Shown here: piece by piece, positions 19,343-29,569 of the stretch
How the letters are laid out: each line of letters opens with the position of its first letter
How positions within the stretch are numbered: the first letter of the stretch is position 1
From: an uncultured Candidatus Saccharibacteria bacterium
Lineage (GTDB): Bacteria > Patescibacteriota > Saccharimonadia > Saccharimonadales > AWTP1-31
Reading direction: 5' to 3'
Length of the DNA stretch: 64,000 nt
Assembly: GCA_964409615.1 (NCBI GenBank)
Contig: CAYPDT010000001.1
Location: 371,880 to 435,879, forward strand
The notes under the pieces: generated by a model
Database searches by the model: none
The model's input: the letters and a program-made list of their open reading frames with translations, nothing else
Told to the model about the DNA's origin: nothing
Translations under genes and position numbers: made by a program

Positions 19343-21121
19343 CTAATCTCGCTTCAACATTACGGTAAAGGCCTCTGCTGGGATATCTACCTTACCGAAC
19401 CGCTTCATGCGTTTTTTACCTTTGGCTTGCTTCGCCAACACCTTTTTCTTACGTGACACGTCTCCGCCGTACAAACCAGTAGTAACATCCTTGCGATAAG
19501 CAGAAATATCTTCGCGTGCAATAAATTTTCCACCAATTCCAGCCTGCAATGCTACTTGGAAGTTTTGGCGAGGAATAACCTCTTTTAGCTTTTCGACGGT
19601 TTCACGACCAAGGCGCTGTGATTCACTGCGATGGACCATAACACTCAGCGCATCAACCAACTCTCCAGCTACATAAAAATCAACTTTTACTAAATCTTCC
19701 GCCCGATAGTTATCAAGTTCGTAATTAAAACTGCCATAGCCGCTGGTGGCGCTTTTAAGTTGATCATAGAAATCAGTTAACAGGTTCGCTAACGGCGCCT
19801 CGAACGAAACCAGGGCCAACTGAGCATCAACATAGCTAAGGTTCTTCTGAATTCCTCGCTTGCTGGAGACCAACTGAATCACGGCACCTACGTAATCTTT
19901 TGGCACAACAACTTCACCCTGTATCCAAGGCTCACGAATTTCCAGAATTTTTGCAGGGTCAGGTAGGTCGCTGGCACTCTTGATGTCAATTTCTTCTTTG
20001 TTAATAAGCGTAATCTGGTAATCGGTCGAGGGATTGGTAACGACCAAATCAAGGTTATATTCGCGTTCTAAACGCTCTTTAACAATGTCCATGTGTAACA
20101 ATCCGAGGAATCCAACCCGTACACCAAAACCTAGAACGGGGGAATTTTCAGGGGTAAATTGCAGAGCAGAATCACTCAGACTGAGTTTTTCGATGGCGTC
20201 CTTTAAAAGCTGGTAGTTTTCGTTGCTATCTGGAAAGAAGCCAGCATAGACGAACGGCTTAACATCTTTATAACCTGGCAATGCTTGCTGCGCTGGCTTA
20301 GCAACCAATGTTACGGTATCACCAACTTTTGCCTCGCGAGTACTACGCAAATTGGTAACAATGTACCCAATCTCTCCCGCCTTGAGGCTGGGTGACGGTA
20401 CTAACGATGGTGACAACGAACCAACCTCCAAAGCGATACCATTGGCGCTGGTAGCATGCATCCGAATCTCGCTGCCTTTTTTGATTTCTCCGTCAACGAT
20501 ACGTACATACAACACCACACCTCGGTAGTCATCGTAGTAACTGTCGAAAATGAGTGCACGCGTTTCGGTGTTTTCAGAACCCTTTGGCGCTGGTACCTCC
20601 TGGATAACACGGTCCAAAACTGCTTCTACACCCTGCCCCGTCTTAGCGCTAATGTGGAGGATATCTTCTTTTTTGCAACCCAATAGTGAGATTACTTCGG
20701 CGCTTACTCTTTCAACATCGGCTGCTGGTAGGTCAATTTTGTTGAGCACCGGGATAATAGTCAGGTCTGCGGCCATGGCCAAATACACATTGGCAAGTGT
20801 CTGTGCTTGAATGCCCTGGCTGGCATCCACAACCAAGATGGCACCCTCGCAAGCTTCTAGACTCCGCGACACCTCGTAACTAAAGTCTACGTGCCCGGGA
20901 GTGTCGATAAGATTCAGCTCAATCCCCTGGTAATTCATTCGTACCGGAGCCAGCTTGATGGTGATTCCGCGTTCGCGTTCTAGGTCCATCTTGTCTAATA
21001 ACTGCGATTTCATATCGCGCTTTTGGACGGTTCCGGTAATTTCAAGAAGTCGATCAGCCAAGGTACTCTTGCCATGATCAATATGGGCGATAATACAGAA
21101 ATTACGGATTTTATCTTGCAT
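19343..21121 (-). CDS. lepA: translation elongation factor 4 (LepA)
   Basis: G-domain AHIDHGKST, DTPGHVDF, NKID and a LepA C-terminal domain. I place the start at MQDKIRNF (ATG 21119-21121); the track ORF extends to 21187. Confidence 0.96.
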   Translation of the reverse strand: MQDKIRNFCIIAHIDHGKSTLADRLLEITGTVQKRDMKSQLLDKMDLERERGITIKLAPVRMNYQGIELNLIDTPGHVDFSYEVSRSLEACEGAILVVDASQGIQAQTLANVYLAMAADLTIIPVLNKIDLPAADVERVSAEVISLLGCKKEDILHISAKTGQGVEAVLDRVIQEVPAPKGSENTETRALIFDSYYDDYRGVVLYVRIVDGEIKKGSEIRMHATSANGIALEVGSLSPSLVPSPSLKAGEIGYIVTNLRSTREAKVGDTVTLVAKPAQQALPGYKDVKPFVYAGFFPDSNENYQLLKDAIEKLSLSDSALQFTPENSPVLGFGVRVGFLGLLHMDIVKERLEREYNLDLVVTNPSTDYQITLINKEEIDIKSASDLPDPAKILEIREPWIQGEVVVPKDYVGAVIQLVSSKRGIQKNLSYVDAQLALVSFEAPLANLLTDFYDQLKSATSGYGSFNYELDNYRAEDLVKVDFYVAGELVDALSVMVHRSESQRLGRETVEKLKEVIPRQNFQVALQAGIGGKFIAREDISAYRKDVTTGLYGGDVSRKKKVLAKQAKGKKRMKRFGKVDIPAEAFTVMLKRD

Positions 21122-21217
21122 CAGCCTATTATAACAGAGGTGGGCCGTAATAATTATTCTTTTTGTAGTGACTTGGCAAATAGCCATAATTATTTACTGG
21201 CATTATTTGACTTTTTG

Positions 21218-21226
21218 TGGTATAAT
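21218..21226 (+). promoter_or_regulatory. extended -10 promoter (TGGTATAAT), leaderless configuration
   Basis: TGGTATAAT ends 6 nt before the ATG at 21233. Confidence 0.4.
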
Positions 21227-21232
21227 ACTTTT

Positions 21233-21373
21233 ATGACAACACGAGATTCTGCAGGGTTTGCTGTGGCTGGCGGAGAAGCCCCACAGGTTGTATTTGCTGG
21301 TCAAATTGAAGGAGCATTACCATTCGATTCTGCCCTCTTAGAGGCACGAATAAACAAAAATCGCTTACACTAA
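21233..21373 (+). CDS. small hypothetical protein (46 aa)
   Basis: ATG lies 6 nt after a consensus -10. The stop TAA abuts the ATG of the next ORF (21374). It is the inner part of track ORF 21023-21373. Confidence 0.3.
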   Translation: MTTRDSAGFAVAGGEAPQVVFAGQIEGALPFDSALLEARINKNRLH

Positions 21374-22498
21374 ATGCGTGGACAGCTCGATGTTCTATTT
21401 GCCGATGATGAATATACAGCCGTTGTAACTGATGTTAACGGGCAATCCACACAAGAGTGGAAGGTTCTGCCTATGATAACGGTGCCCGTTGATGGCGAAG
21501 AGCATGCCTTCCAGCTTGCCCGAAAATGCGACCGTAAATCTCGTCGCGACCCCGATATACGGGAAGACACCTACTTGGTATACCGAGGTGGGCTCAACAG
21601 CCCTCTACTAGAGTTTGACGTCGAAACTCAATTCCAACCACACGAGAAACTCATCGACCTACTAACGATTGACTTTGACGCTAATTCCGTGGACAACCCA
21701 GAACAGATTACCCTATTCGAGCGAATTGTAGATTCTTATAGTATTTCCTATAAGCTAGCTGCAACTCAAGCTGAAGATGCTGCACGCACTGAACGAGAAC
21801 GAGTTGAGCGTGAACGCCAAGAACATGATCGTTTTATACGAAAGATGCTCACACGAGGTGGGTCTGCCCTGGTAGGTGCAAGTATGCTAGGCGGAGCAAT
21901 TTTTGGATTGATTAAGCTCACCGACGAGTCGCCCGAAGATGTTGCACGCCAAAAGGCAGAAGCAGCAGCACTCGCACAAAATGTTAAAAAAGCACTACCA
22001 AACAGCAGTTATGTTAAGGCTGGTTCAAGTAAAGTCCGGATGGTTGAGCTAAAAGATGGCAAAGCGTTAGTGACTCTTGCCGATCATGCTCCTGATAGTG
22101 GTGGTCAATCTGATACTGATGCCAAGGCAAAATTCCCCAAAGAAGATGTCTCTGCAAGTAATGCCAAAGACTTAGGTAAAACAGTAGCTTTTGACTTACC
22201 AACCGAAGTAGGTTCTTGCACGCTGGTCGCAACTCCAAGCCCAAGCGATGCCGCTAGCCGTATTGAGGGAGCATTCGTTGCAACAGGTAAAGGTGCGCCG
22301 GGCGACTACTCGGTACAGGTAATCCGCAAGACAGCAGAGCTTAGCAACGACGATGGTGCAGAAAATCAGGAACTCACAGCGGTCGCTGGTATGGCCAAAG
22401 TTTGTATGACTGCAGAAATGCAAAATGACCCCTCAGCAAATGCAATAACCACCGGTTTTATCCGTATGGTTGACGCCTCTGAAGCTCCTGCCCGTTAG
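21374..22498 (+). CDS. hypothetical single-pass membrane protein
   Basis: 374-aa ORF with a charged coiled segment (ERERVERERQEHDR) followed by a TM helix (ALVGASMLGGAIFGLI). Confidence 0.55.
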   Translation: MRGQLDVLFADDEYTAVVTDVNGQSTQEWKVLPMITVPVDGEEHAFQLARKCDRKSRRDPDIREDTYLVYRGGLNSPLLEFDVETQFQPHEKLIDLLTIDFDANSVDNPEQITLFERIVDSYSISYKLAATQAEDAARTERERVERERQEHDRFIRKMLTRGGSALVGASMLGGAIFGLIKLTDESPEDVARQKAEAAALAQNVKKALPNSSYVKAGSSKVRMVELKDGKALVTLADHAPDSGGQSDTDAKAKFPKEDVSASNAKDLGKTVAFDLPTEVGSCTLVATPSPSDAASRIEGAFVATGKGAPGDYSVQVIRKTAELSNDDGAENQELTAVAGMAKVCMTAEMQNDPSANAITTGFIRMVDASEAPAR

Positions 22499-22521
22499 TT
22501 TCCAAGGTCCGACCTTGGAAA
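22499..22521. repeat. extragenic palindrome copy 2 (TTTCCAAGGTC-C-GACCTTGGAAA)
   Basis: Starts 1 nt after the stop at 22498, between convergent genes. Confidence 0.85.
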
Positions 22522-22526
22522 AGTGT

Positions 22527-23018
22527 CTACAAAGTTGAGATGTAATATCGTGCCAAAAATAGTAACAAAATTACTAGAACTACCGGAATCAGGGTTCCGA
22601 GAATAACTATTCTTGCCCAGCGTACTTCAGTACGTTGCATGATAATCTCTTGAGGAAAGGCTTGATTAATGGCCTCTTTCAATTGTTTATTGCTGAGTAC
22701 TCGATTTATAGTTCCGCCAAGCCCTGGATGCTGATTAAACCAGCCCGGCCGATACAGCGTAAATAGGTATTTTTCAGACGAAGTAACAACAGCTAGCCAG
22801 CCCTCTGCAATAATGTTATTGATATCGATAGCCTCAATCTGGGAGGTCTTTAGCCTGATTGTATGGCCACCGACCTCTGTGAATTCAAAGACACCAGTGT
22901 CAATTTTCAAGATACCTTCTGTTCCTTTACGTTGAAAAAATAGGCGAGAAATATTTGCTACGCGCCAGGCCTTTCCGGTGTGTGGGAGCGCGACATCCAC
23001 GTTTGGAACCTTGGCCAT
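22527..23018 (-). CDS. hypothetical protein with C-terminal TM helix
   Basis: 163-aa ORF whose start overlaps the murJ stop by 1 nt. TM helix IVILGTLIPVVLVILLLFLA. Confidence 0.5.
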   Translation of the reverse strand: MAKVPNVDVALPHTGKAWRVANISRLFFQRKGTEGILKIDTGVFEFTEVGGHTIRLKTSQIEAIDINNIIAEGWLAVVTSSEKYLFTLYRPGWFNQHPGLGGTINRVLSNKQLKEAINQAFPQEIIMQRTEVRWARIVILGTLIPVVLVILLLFLARYYISTL

Positions 23019-24622
23019 TAGAGTCCTTCGATTTTTAGGGGCCGCATAATAGCACGACCGACACTCTTAATTTTTCTAAAAATAGGTACAGCTTCTTCTA
23101 ATCCGAATAACGATGAAAGGCCCAGATGCACTGCGAATGTAACCGTGGCAATAAGGCTTAACTTAACACCCAAGGTTATAAGACCAGTATCGTTGATATT
23201 AAGCGGGAAAACGCTGACCATGATATAGGCCGCTACAACTGTAAAGCCGGTGATTGAGATAATCCGCCCCAAACCACCAAAAAAGCGCATATCAAACAGC
23301 TTAGGGTCCCTGATAAACATTATTGTGGTAAGGATAAATAATTGCGCCCCAGCAACAATCGATTCAGCTAAGGCGATACCTGTAATGCCGTAGCTATCTG
23401 GTTTGGATAGATTCATAACCAGAACAATATTGAGGCCAATTGCAAATAGCGAATCAATAAGCGGTGTCCAGGTATCTTTTTGTGCATAGAAGTAGCGAGA
23501 GACAATCGTATAAATTGTACGGAAAAATATTGCCCCGGTCAGGAACCCAAATATGCCTGCAATTTCCGGTGCATTTCGGCTAAAAATCATACGCGCAAGA
23601 TAGCCACGCCCGAAGAAACAAACCACAATAACAGGGGTTGCAATCCAGATAATTATGCGCAGTACCTGCAGGAATTCATTTCTGAATTCATCCATGCGGC
23701 CGCGTGCCACACTCCGGTTAAACTGCGGGAATACTGCCGAACTAATCGCCGTACCAATTAGCAACGTTGGCGCGGTATGGAGTGTATAGGCATTTTCGTA
23801 AAAAGTGATATTACCGGTTCCGAGTCGCCGTGCGAAGTTAGTGTCGACAATGCTGTTGATAGACATAATTCCCTGGTCGATTGAGCGAGGTGGCAGTTGG
23901 CGGAGAATCTTGCGAAAATCTGGTGTCTGAAAATTAATAAGCCGTCGGTATTTGAAATCTAATCCAATTAATCCGAAGACCGCAATCAAAAGCTGAAGCA
24001 CTGCGCCTATCAGGGCGCCAATACCCAAACCAATCAAGCCGAGGCTATCTCGAAATATAAAAATACTAGTGATGATTGAGGTGTTGTACACCAAGGGTGC
24101 AATAGCATAAAAGAAGAAACGGCCAAAGGTCTGCTGCACACTGGTCAAGACACCACCTATGGTAAACAACAAGGGGTTAAAGGCGATAAGACGCATGATA
24201 ATTACTGCATTATGCAGCTGCGCTGGATCAAGCTTTGGGGCAACTATATGATGTAGGAGTGGCTCTGCAAATATAAAGATAATGGAACCGACAAAAAACA
24301 TAATAACTGCCAAGAAGTTCATCAAACTGCTCGATAGCTCCCAGACTCCTTTTTTGTCGTGCTTATGAAGATGGTCAGCCAAAACAGGCATAAACGCTAC
24401 ACCAAGCGCACCTGCCGCAATGGTAAAGAAAAAGAAATCAGGAATCTTGAAGGCTGCAAAAAATGCATCAGTACTGCCCATACCCTCTGCCGGGAAGTTG
24501 GCATTCACCAGCTTAACACGCAAGAAGCCGAGTACCTGCCCTAGCAACGAGGCCACAACCAGTAATGCAGCTGCATTACCAATGGATATTTTTGCATTGG
24601 CCCGTCGTAATATTTTTTTCAT
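23018..24622 (-). CDS. murJ: lipid II flippase MurJ
   Basis: 534-aa polytopic protein with a MurJ/MviN-like N-terminus (...LGFLRVKLVNANFPAEGMGSTDAFFAAFKIPDFFF...). Confidence 0.88.
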   Translation of the reverse strand: MKKILRRANAKISIGNAAALLVVASLLGQVLGFLRVKLVNANFPAEGMGSTDAFFAAFKIPDFFFFTIAAGALGVAFMPVLADHLHKHDKKGVWELSSSLMNFLAVIMFFVGSIIFIFAEPLLHHIVAPKLDPAQLHNAVIIMRLIAFNPLLFTIGGVLTSVQQTFGRFFFYAIAPLVYNTSIITSIFIFRDSLGLIGLGIGALIGAVLQLLIAVFGLIGLDFKYRRLINFQTPDFRKILRQLPPRSIDQGIMSINSIVDTNFARRLGTGNITFYENAYTLHTAPTLLIGTAISSAVFPQFNRSVARGRMDEFRNEFLQVLRIIIWIATPVIVVCFFGRGYLARMIFSRNAPEIAGIFGFLTGAIFFRTIYTIVSRYFYAQKDTWTPLIDSLFAIGLNIVLVMNLSKPDSYGITGIALAESIVAGAQLFILTTIMFIRDPKLFDMRFFGGLGRIISITGFTVVAAYIMVSVFPLNINDTGLITLGVKLSLIATVTFAVHLGLSSLFGLEEAVPIFRKIKSVGRAIMRPLKIEGL

Positions 24623-24681
24623 CCTTATCTAGTATCCTGTATGCGCCATCAAGTCGCAACCGCTTTTGTGGCCAATATCGC

Positions 24682-25296
24682 CTAGAATCTGCTTATTGTG
24701 CTCGGCTTCTTTTTGAGCGTTATACTAAGCCGATACCGAAGCAGTGGTATGGTCACAACTCGTACATGGTGAGAGAACGTATAGGGTATTGCCGCGCCAA
24801 CATCCGCCTGTGCAAGTGGCTTGCGATGATGACGATAGTCCATATAGGTATACAGCACTACACTCAGGATAATCAGCGCCAACAAGCCAACTGAAATCAT
24901 CACTACACCAGTCTCGGCAAGCTTACCATTGCCGCTCGTGGTTGTAGCAGCCAATAATTCGCCCTGGTACGCACCTACGCTAAAGTACCCAGTGCGAACA
25001 ATGCCACGTGCATCTGTAGATATTCCTTGTACTTGGCCGCCCGCATTGATAGCTGGCGATCCTGGAAGTAGCTTAATGGTTGGTACAGGACCACCATTAT
25101 CCGCTACCTCATGGGCAATCGTTTCGTATAAATTAGAAACATATTTATAACCAGTGCATGTCTGATCATCGCTCAAGTTAAAGCCTAGGTTTATGGGAGT
25201 AACATCCACAGTCCCGTTACTTAGACCTAGTTTTGTCGCATCTGCACTACTGGCACAGCTATACGGCTCACCATTGAACTTATTTTGCGCCACCAA
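24682..25296 (-). pseudogene. C-terminal fragment of a disrupted CSLREA / choice-of-anchor-Q-type surface protein with LAETG sortase signal
   Basis: LLPGSPAINAGG...DARG...VGAYQ tail, then LAETG, a TM helix and a basic tail. The frame stays open upstream to 25410 with no proper start (the track uses TTG). It joins in frame to 29561-30725 when the inserted element is removed. Confidence 0.7.
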
Positions 25297-25379
25297 AACG
25301 TTAGTAGCAGTCGATCCAGATTGTACCGAGTTAGGTTCAAACGACTCATTAAGGCCTATTTTGGTTGCAAAGAATGCTG

Positions 25380-25388
25380 GTATTAAAA
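25380..25388. repeat. target-site duplication, left copy (GTATTAAAA)
   Basis: An identical 9-mer occurs at 29561-29569. Both copies sit in the same codon phase of the split gene. Confidence 0.7.
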
Positions 25389-25389
25389 C

Positions 25390-25411
25390 GCACCTATATA
25401 CTTGACAAACC
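25390..25411. repeat. left terminal inverted repeat
   Basis: GCACCTATATACTTGACAAACC compared with the reverse complement of 29539-29560, GCGCCTATATAGTTTACACACC (18/22 identical). Confidence 0.6.
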
Positions 25412-25436
25412 TAACAGATAAGACTACACTGTAAGT

Positions 25437-26312
25437 ATGAGTTTGCTAGACTTCCAGGATCAATTCAAGACTGAAGAAGCCTGTCTCACATTCCTTGAGG
25501 AACAACGCTGGAAAAATGGGCGTTTTTGCCCCCACTGTGGTTCGTATGAGACTTATAAGTTTAAAGATGGCAAACTATTCAAGTGTCAGGACTGTAAAAA
25601 GCAATTCACCGTTAAGGTTGGTACCATATTTAGCGATAGTCACGTTCCTCTAACTAAATGGTTCTATGCGATTTATCTTAATACCTCACTCAAAAAGGGC
25701 ATTTCCTCAATCCAACTAAGCAAATATCTCGGTATTACTCAAAAATCAGCCTGGTTTATGCTCCAACGTATTCGTTATGGCGTCGAAGCTGCTGGGCGCA
25801 GCGATCTACTAAATAACATTGTTGAAGTGGATGAAACCTATGTTGGTGGTAAACAAACAGGTGCACGTCGTGGTCCCGCCGATAAGGCTGTGGTCTTCGG
25901 TGCAGTTGAGCGTGGCGGTAAAGCCATGATTAAACATGTACCAAGTTCAGGCGTGCGAGTGCTGATACCTGAAATTCAGAAGAACATTAGTCCAGATGCT
26001 ACCATTTATTCTGATCAATACGGGTCATATAAAAGCCTAAAACGTCGTGGCTATACACATACTACTGTCAACCACTCCAAGCTAGAGTTTGCTCGCGGGC
26101 TAGTACACACAAACACAATTGAAGGAGCTTGGGCACACTTCAAGTTAGGCATTGCAGCTATTTACCTGGGCGTAAGCGTTAAGCATTTACAGCTCTACTG
26201 CAGTGAGTTTGAGTATCGCTATAACACCAAAGAGATGACTGACTACGAACGGTTTGCAAGTTGGTTCAGTAACTGCCGAGGCAGAGTTACCTATAAAAAA
26301 CTAATAGCCTAG
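25437..26312 (+). CDS. IS1595-family (ISXO2-like) transposase
   Basis: N-terminal transposase zinc ribbon (CPHCGS...FKCQDCKKQFTVKVGTIF) and a DDE region with VEVDETYVGGK. Confidence 0.88.
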   Translation: MSLLDFQDQFKTEEACLTFLEEQRWKNGRFCPHCGSYETYKFKDGKLFKCQDCKKQFTVKVGTIFSDSHVPLTKWFYAIYLNTSLKKGISSIQLSKYLGITQKSAWFMLQRIRYGVEAAGRSDLLNNIVEVDETYVGGKQTGARRGPADKAVVFGAVERGGKAMIKHVPSSGVRVLIPEIQKNISPDATIYSDQYGSYKSLKRRGYTHTTVNHSKLEFARGLVHTNTIEGAWAHFKLGIAAIYLGVSVKHLQLYCSEFEYRYNTKEMTDYERFASWFSNCRGRVTYKKLIA

Positions 26313-26447
26313 CCCCAAACTGCTGCTTTTGCTGCCTTAGTTCTTTGCCCCCACGGGCGAGGGCAAGATCACGCTTGTGTCAATCTGTAAAATCAGGAAT
26401 ATAGTGGTACCTACCTTTATATAATACGGGTAGGAGGGTTTGGCAAA

Positions 26448-27311
26448 ATGAAACTAACTCAAATTCCAAAAATAACCTATAAACAAAGAACCATACTAGA
26501 TCTAATATATACTCATAGATTCTTAACCAGAATACAAATACAAACAATGCTAAAACACAAAGATAAAAAGACTATTAACCTATGGCTTAAGGATCTTAGA
26601 GAAAAAGAATATATAAACTGGATCTACAATAAAGATCACTTTGCTGAGAAAATTAAACCAGCTATCTACTACCTCGGTATTAATGGCATACGCCACTTTG
26701 GTAACCTAGACTTTCACCCAGACGAAGAAATCCGCAAACGCTACCGAGAGCATGAACGAAGTCAGACATTTATTAATCGCTGTCTTCTACAAGCGGATGT
26801 CTGCCTAGAGCTTGATGACGAACGAAACGGCACCTACTACACTACAACCTGTTACTACTACGAAACTGAAGCCGATTACCGCAGCGAGATGCGTTACCAT
26901 TTCTTGAGCGTTAACGAGTTAATCCATCCCGATCTGTGTATTGCCCAATCTGAGGGTGATACGGATGACAGCATTGGTGATCCAGACACTACCATAGCTA
27001 GCTACTTACTGGAGATTTTTGACGCAACACTACCACGGTACCGGTTACGCAACAAGCTAAAGAAGTACGTACAGTACTTAGAGGAAGAATTAGACGAATG
27101 GGATGAACAGACGGGTGAAGATCCAAGACCGACTATATTACTGGTCTGTGCTAGCCTCACAGACCTCATCTACGCTAAACGTAGAACCAGAGGACTGATG
27201 GCAGAGATCTGGGAGTATGAGGATGAGGATAGACCGAATATAAGATTTACTACTATACAAAAGCTAAAAGATCGTGGGGTTCTGGAAGAAGTTATTTGGG
27301 AGACAGCGTAA
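26448..27311 (+). CDS. replication-relaxation family protein (passenger)
   Basis: N-terminal wHTH pattern (ITYKQRTILDLIYTHRFLTRIQIQTML...WLKDLREKEYI). A later segment is HPDLCIAQ...YLLEIFDATLPRYRLRNKLKKYVQY, as in Replic_Relax proteins. AGGAGG RBS. Confidence 0.6.
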   Translation: MKLTQIPKITYKQRTILDLIYTHRFLTRIQIQTMLKHKDKKTINLWLKDLREKEYINWIYNKDHFAEKIKPAIYYLGINGIRHFGNLDFHPDEEIRKRYREHERSQTFINRCLLQADVCLELDDERNGTYYTTTCYYYETEADYRSEMRYHFLSVNELIHPDLCIAQSEGDTDDSIGDPDTTIASYLLEIFDATLPRYRLRNKLKKYVQYLEEELDEWDEQTGEDPRPTILLVCASLTDLIYAKRRTRGLMAEIWEYEDEDRPNIRFTTIQKLKDRGVLEEVIWETA

Positions 27312-27367
27312 GTAGTGTACTAAATTATAATTATTCCACTGACGTAATGGTATAGCATATTGTCAAA

Positions 27368-28177
27368 CTACTTGGTGTCCACATTTTCGAAGAGCTGCTT
27401 CTTGTAGTCTTCATGATCAGCCTGATTTGCAAAGGTTAGGATAGCAGAATTACCGATGCATTCCCAGGATCCACTACTATTCTTTTTTACATAAATAGCG
27501 ACATACTTACTATTGTTACCATCCTCAGATATTTTATATACGACCGATGATTTATTGCCTGATGTGGCTTGATAGTCTACGACAGGCTCTATACTTATTG
27601 CCTTGCTAACAACAGGAGCGGCTTTATTTATAAACCCGGCTTCAGTCGTAACGTTTTTTCCTTCACTACCTAAACTTGCATAAGCTGCGGCGAATGACCC
27701 ATTCTTAATGTTTGTGATATAGGATTGTGCTGCTGCCTTGCTTGCGGAATCATCGTCTTTGGCTGTTTGATTTGACTGATCTAATTTATTTCCTAGATCA
27801 GTTACTTCTTTGACGCCTTTGTTAACTCTACTACCCCAGATTCCAAATGCAATCAGTGTAGTAATAAAGAAAAAGGTCGCAACATAAGCAATTTTATGTG
27901 ATTTTTTAGCAAATTGCGTGCGTTTTCGAAAGAATAGCACCAGTACGACTAATGATACCGGGATACTCATAATAGCTAACGGTGCAAATATAGTTGATAA
28001 AACACATAATATTAACACAGCTATAACACTCTTTGATGTTTTCAGTTCTACCTGTTGCTGAGGCGATGACGTTACTGGACTTGCTAGGTTGGGTGCAGTC
28101 GGCACTGGTTGTTGAACTTGGGGTGGTTGACTTGTAGTTTGTTGATTTTGATCCATAGCATAAACTTTATACATCAT
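27368..28177 (-). CDS. membrane protein: Gln/Pro-rich N-terminus, 3 TM helices, DUF4878-like extracytoplasmic domain (passenger)
   Basis: 269-aa ORF. The likely start is MDQNQQTT (28156). The C-terminal domain reads AAQSYITNIKNGSFAAAYASL...YVAIYVKKNSSGSWECIG. Confidence 0.55.
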   Translation of the reverse strand: MMYKVYAMDQNQQTTSQPPQVQQPVPTAPNLASPVTSSPQQQVELKTSKSVIAVLILCVLSTIFAPLAIMSIPVSLVVLVLFFRKRTQFAKKSHKIAYVATFFFITTLIAFGIWGSRVNKGVKEVTDLGNKLDQSNQTAKDDDSASKAAAQSYITNIKNGSFAAAYASLGSEGKNVTTEAGFINKAAPVVSKAISIEPVVDYQATSGNKSSVVYKISEDGNNSKYVAIYVKKNSSGSWECIGNSAILTFANQADHEDYKKQLFENVDTK

Positions 28178-28246
28178 GCCGGTATTTTACAAGCAGGAGT
28201 AGTCTGATATTGGAAATAGGTATTCTTTACTAATCCAATATTACTG

Positions 28247-29278
28247 TTGGTCGTTGTTATTATTTATAGTAATGCTTATACTGCCATAGTAATGGATCAA
28301 GAACAAACACCAGTTCCGACACTACAACATACACCAGATACTAGTCAGCAAAGTATGCCTGTAGCTGATGTACCCAAGTCGCCTATGCGTCGAAAGCGGA
28401 ACATAATTATAGCAATTTGTGCGATCTCCTTACTGATAGTAATTATCGGGGGTGTTTTGAGTAAAGTTAGCTTGCAAAGCGATTCAAGTCTTGCTGCGAT
28501 TGGTTGTAGTCCAAACGCTACTTCATACATTAAGTCTCACAAACTAACGCCCATTAGAGCTTGTACTAGTAAATCTGTCACCCTACTGCCCGACAATCAA
28601 CAGGTTGATGTTGTTGATATCGTCGTTGGAAATCGTTTCGACTCTTGCATAGATACATGCCATAACAAACCTACTTTGTCATTGATTTTGCAAGGCGGAC
28701 TCGAAGTGCACAAAGAGCTTCTTGATACTGCCAAAACTGTTGTTGATGACGAAAGCACTCAAGTTGACGGCAACAAGTTGACAATGTCAGAATTAGTTCA
28801 GCTCGGCTGTCCAATGGCAGTTCGTGGTGACGATGCTATTGCCAAGACCACACTCCCTTCGTCTAGTAAATTTATATATACATCTGGTGAATTCAAGGGT
28901 CTATACGAAAAAAGATTTGAGAATGTAACATTCGTATCGGGAACAGGTCTGACTTGTAAAGCGCCTAGTATATTATTGCGTGGAGATTCTAAGCAACGTG
29001 AACTAATTGCAACCCAAGCTACAGTAGTTACTCCTGCGCCAAGTACATGCCAAACACTTGCATGCAATATTGAATCAGCTCGTATTGCCGACCAGCCAAG
29101 TCGATGCACAACACTCGCCCCAAAAAACTATGGAGATGATTCCTACGCCGACAAACTTTATGGCACATGTGCCGATTACTTTGTTATTAAGCACAATGAT
29201 TTATCACTCTGTAGGCTTGACTCAGAAGTTGACAATAACTGCGAAAATAGAAATAAGCAATACATCCACAATCAATAA
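28247..29278 (+). CDS. single-pass membrane protein with Cys-rich extracytoplasmic domain (passenger)
   Basis: 343-aa ORF. The track start is TTG, and the likely ATG is at 28292 (MDQEQTPVP). TM helix IIIAICAISLLIVIIGGVL, with more than 12 Cys after it. Confidence 0.55.
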   Translation: MVVVIIYSNAYTAIVMDQEQTPVPTLQHTPDTSQQSMPVADVPKSPMRRKRNIIIAICAISLLIVIIGGVLSKVSLQSDSSLAAIGCSPNATSYIKSHKLTPIRACTSKSVTLLPDNQQVDVVDIVVGNRFDSCIDTCHNKPTLSLILQGGLEVHKELLDTAKTVVDDESTQVDGNKLTMSELVQLGCPMAVRGDDAIAKTTLPSSSKFIYTSGEFKGLYEKRFENVTFVSGTGLTCKAPSILLRGDSKQRELIATQATVVTPAPSTCQTLACNIESARIADQPSRCTTLAPKNYGDDSYADKLYGTCADYFVIKHNDLSLCRLDSEVDNNCENRNKQYIHNQ

Positions 29279-29538
29279 AGATTAAGCAGCTGCTTTCCTG
29301 GTAATACTTCGAGTAGCATTTCACTAACGAACCAAAATGGCAGAGCAATTTAAGTGATAAACTGTACCTATGACAGACCAGCGCAAGCCCAAGCCAATAA
29401 AAACCACAAAATTTACAAAGACTGTTGAAATTCTGGCCAATACAGCCCCTATTAGCAACAAGGAGATCGTCAAAAGATCTAAAAAGAGTAAGAAGATATA
29501 GATTATTCCAGACTCAAGAAGGTGATCACTATTTATTG

Positions 29539-29560
29539 GGTGTGTAAACTATATAGGCGC
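29539..29560. repeat. right terminal inverted repeat
   Basis: GGTGTGTAAACTATATAGGCGC, the reverse-complement partner of 25390-25411. Confidence 0.6.
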
Positions 29561-29569
29561 GTATTAAAA
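29561..29569. repeat. target-site duplication, right copy (GTATTAAAA)
   Basis: Identical to 25380-25388. Confidence 0.7.

Larger units (their letters stand above)
25389..29560 (+). mobile_element. 4,172-bp IS1595-family-type element carrying passenger genes
   Basis: It is bounded by imperfect inverted repeats (18/22) and a 9-bp direct repeat. It encodes an IS1595/ISXO2-like transposase plus 3-4 other ORFs, and part of it is lower in GC. It interrupts an otherwise continuous ORF. Confidence 0.75.
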
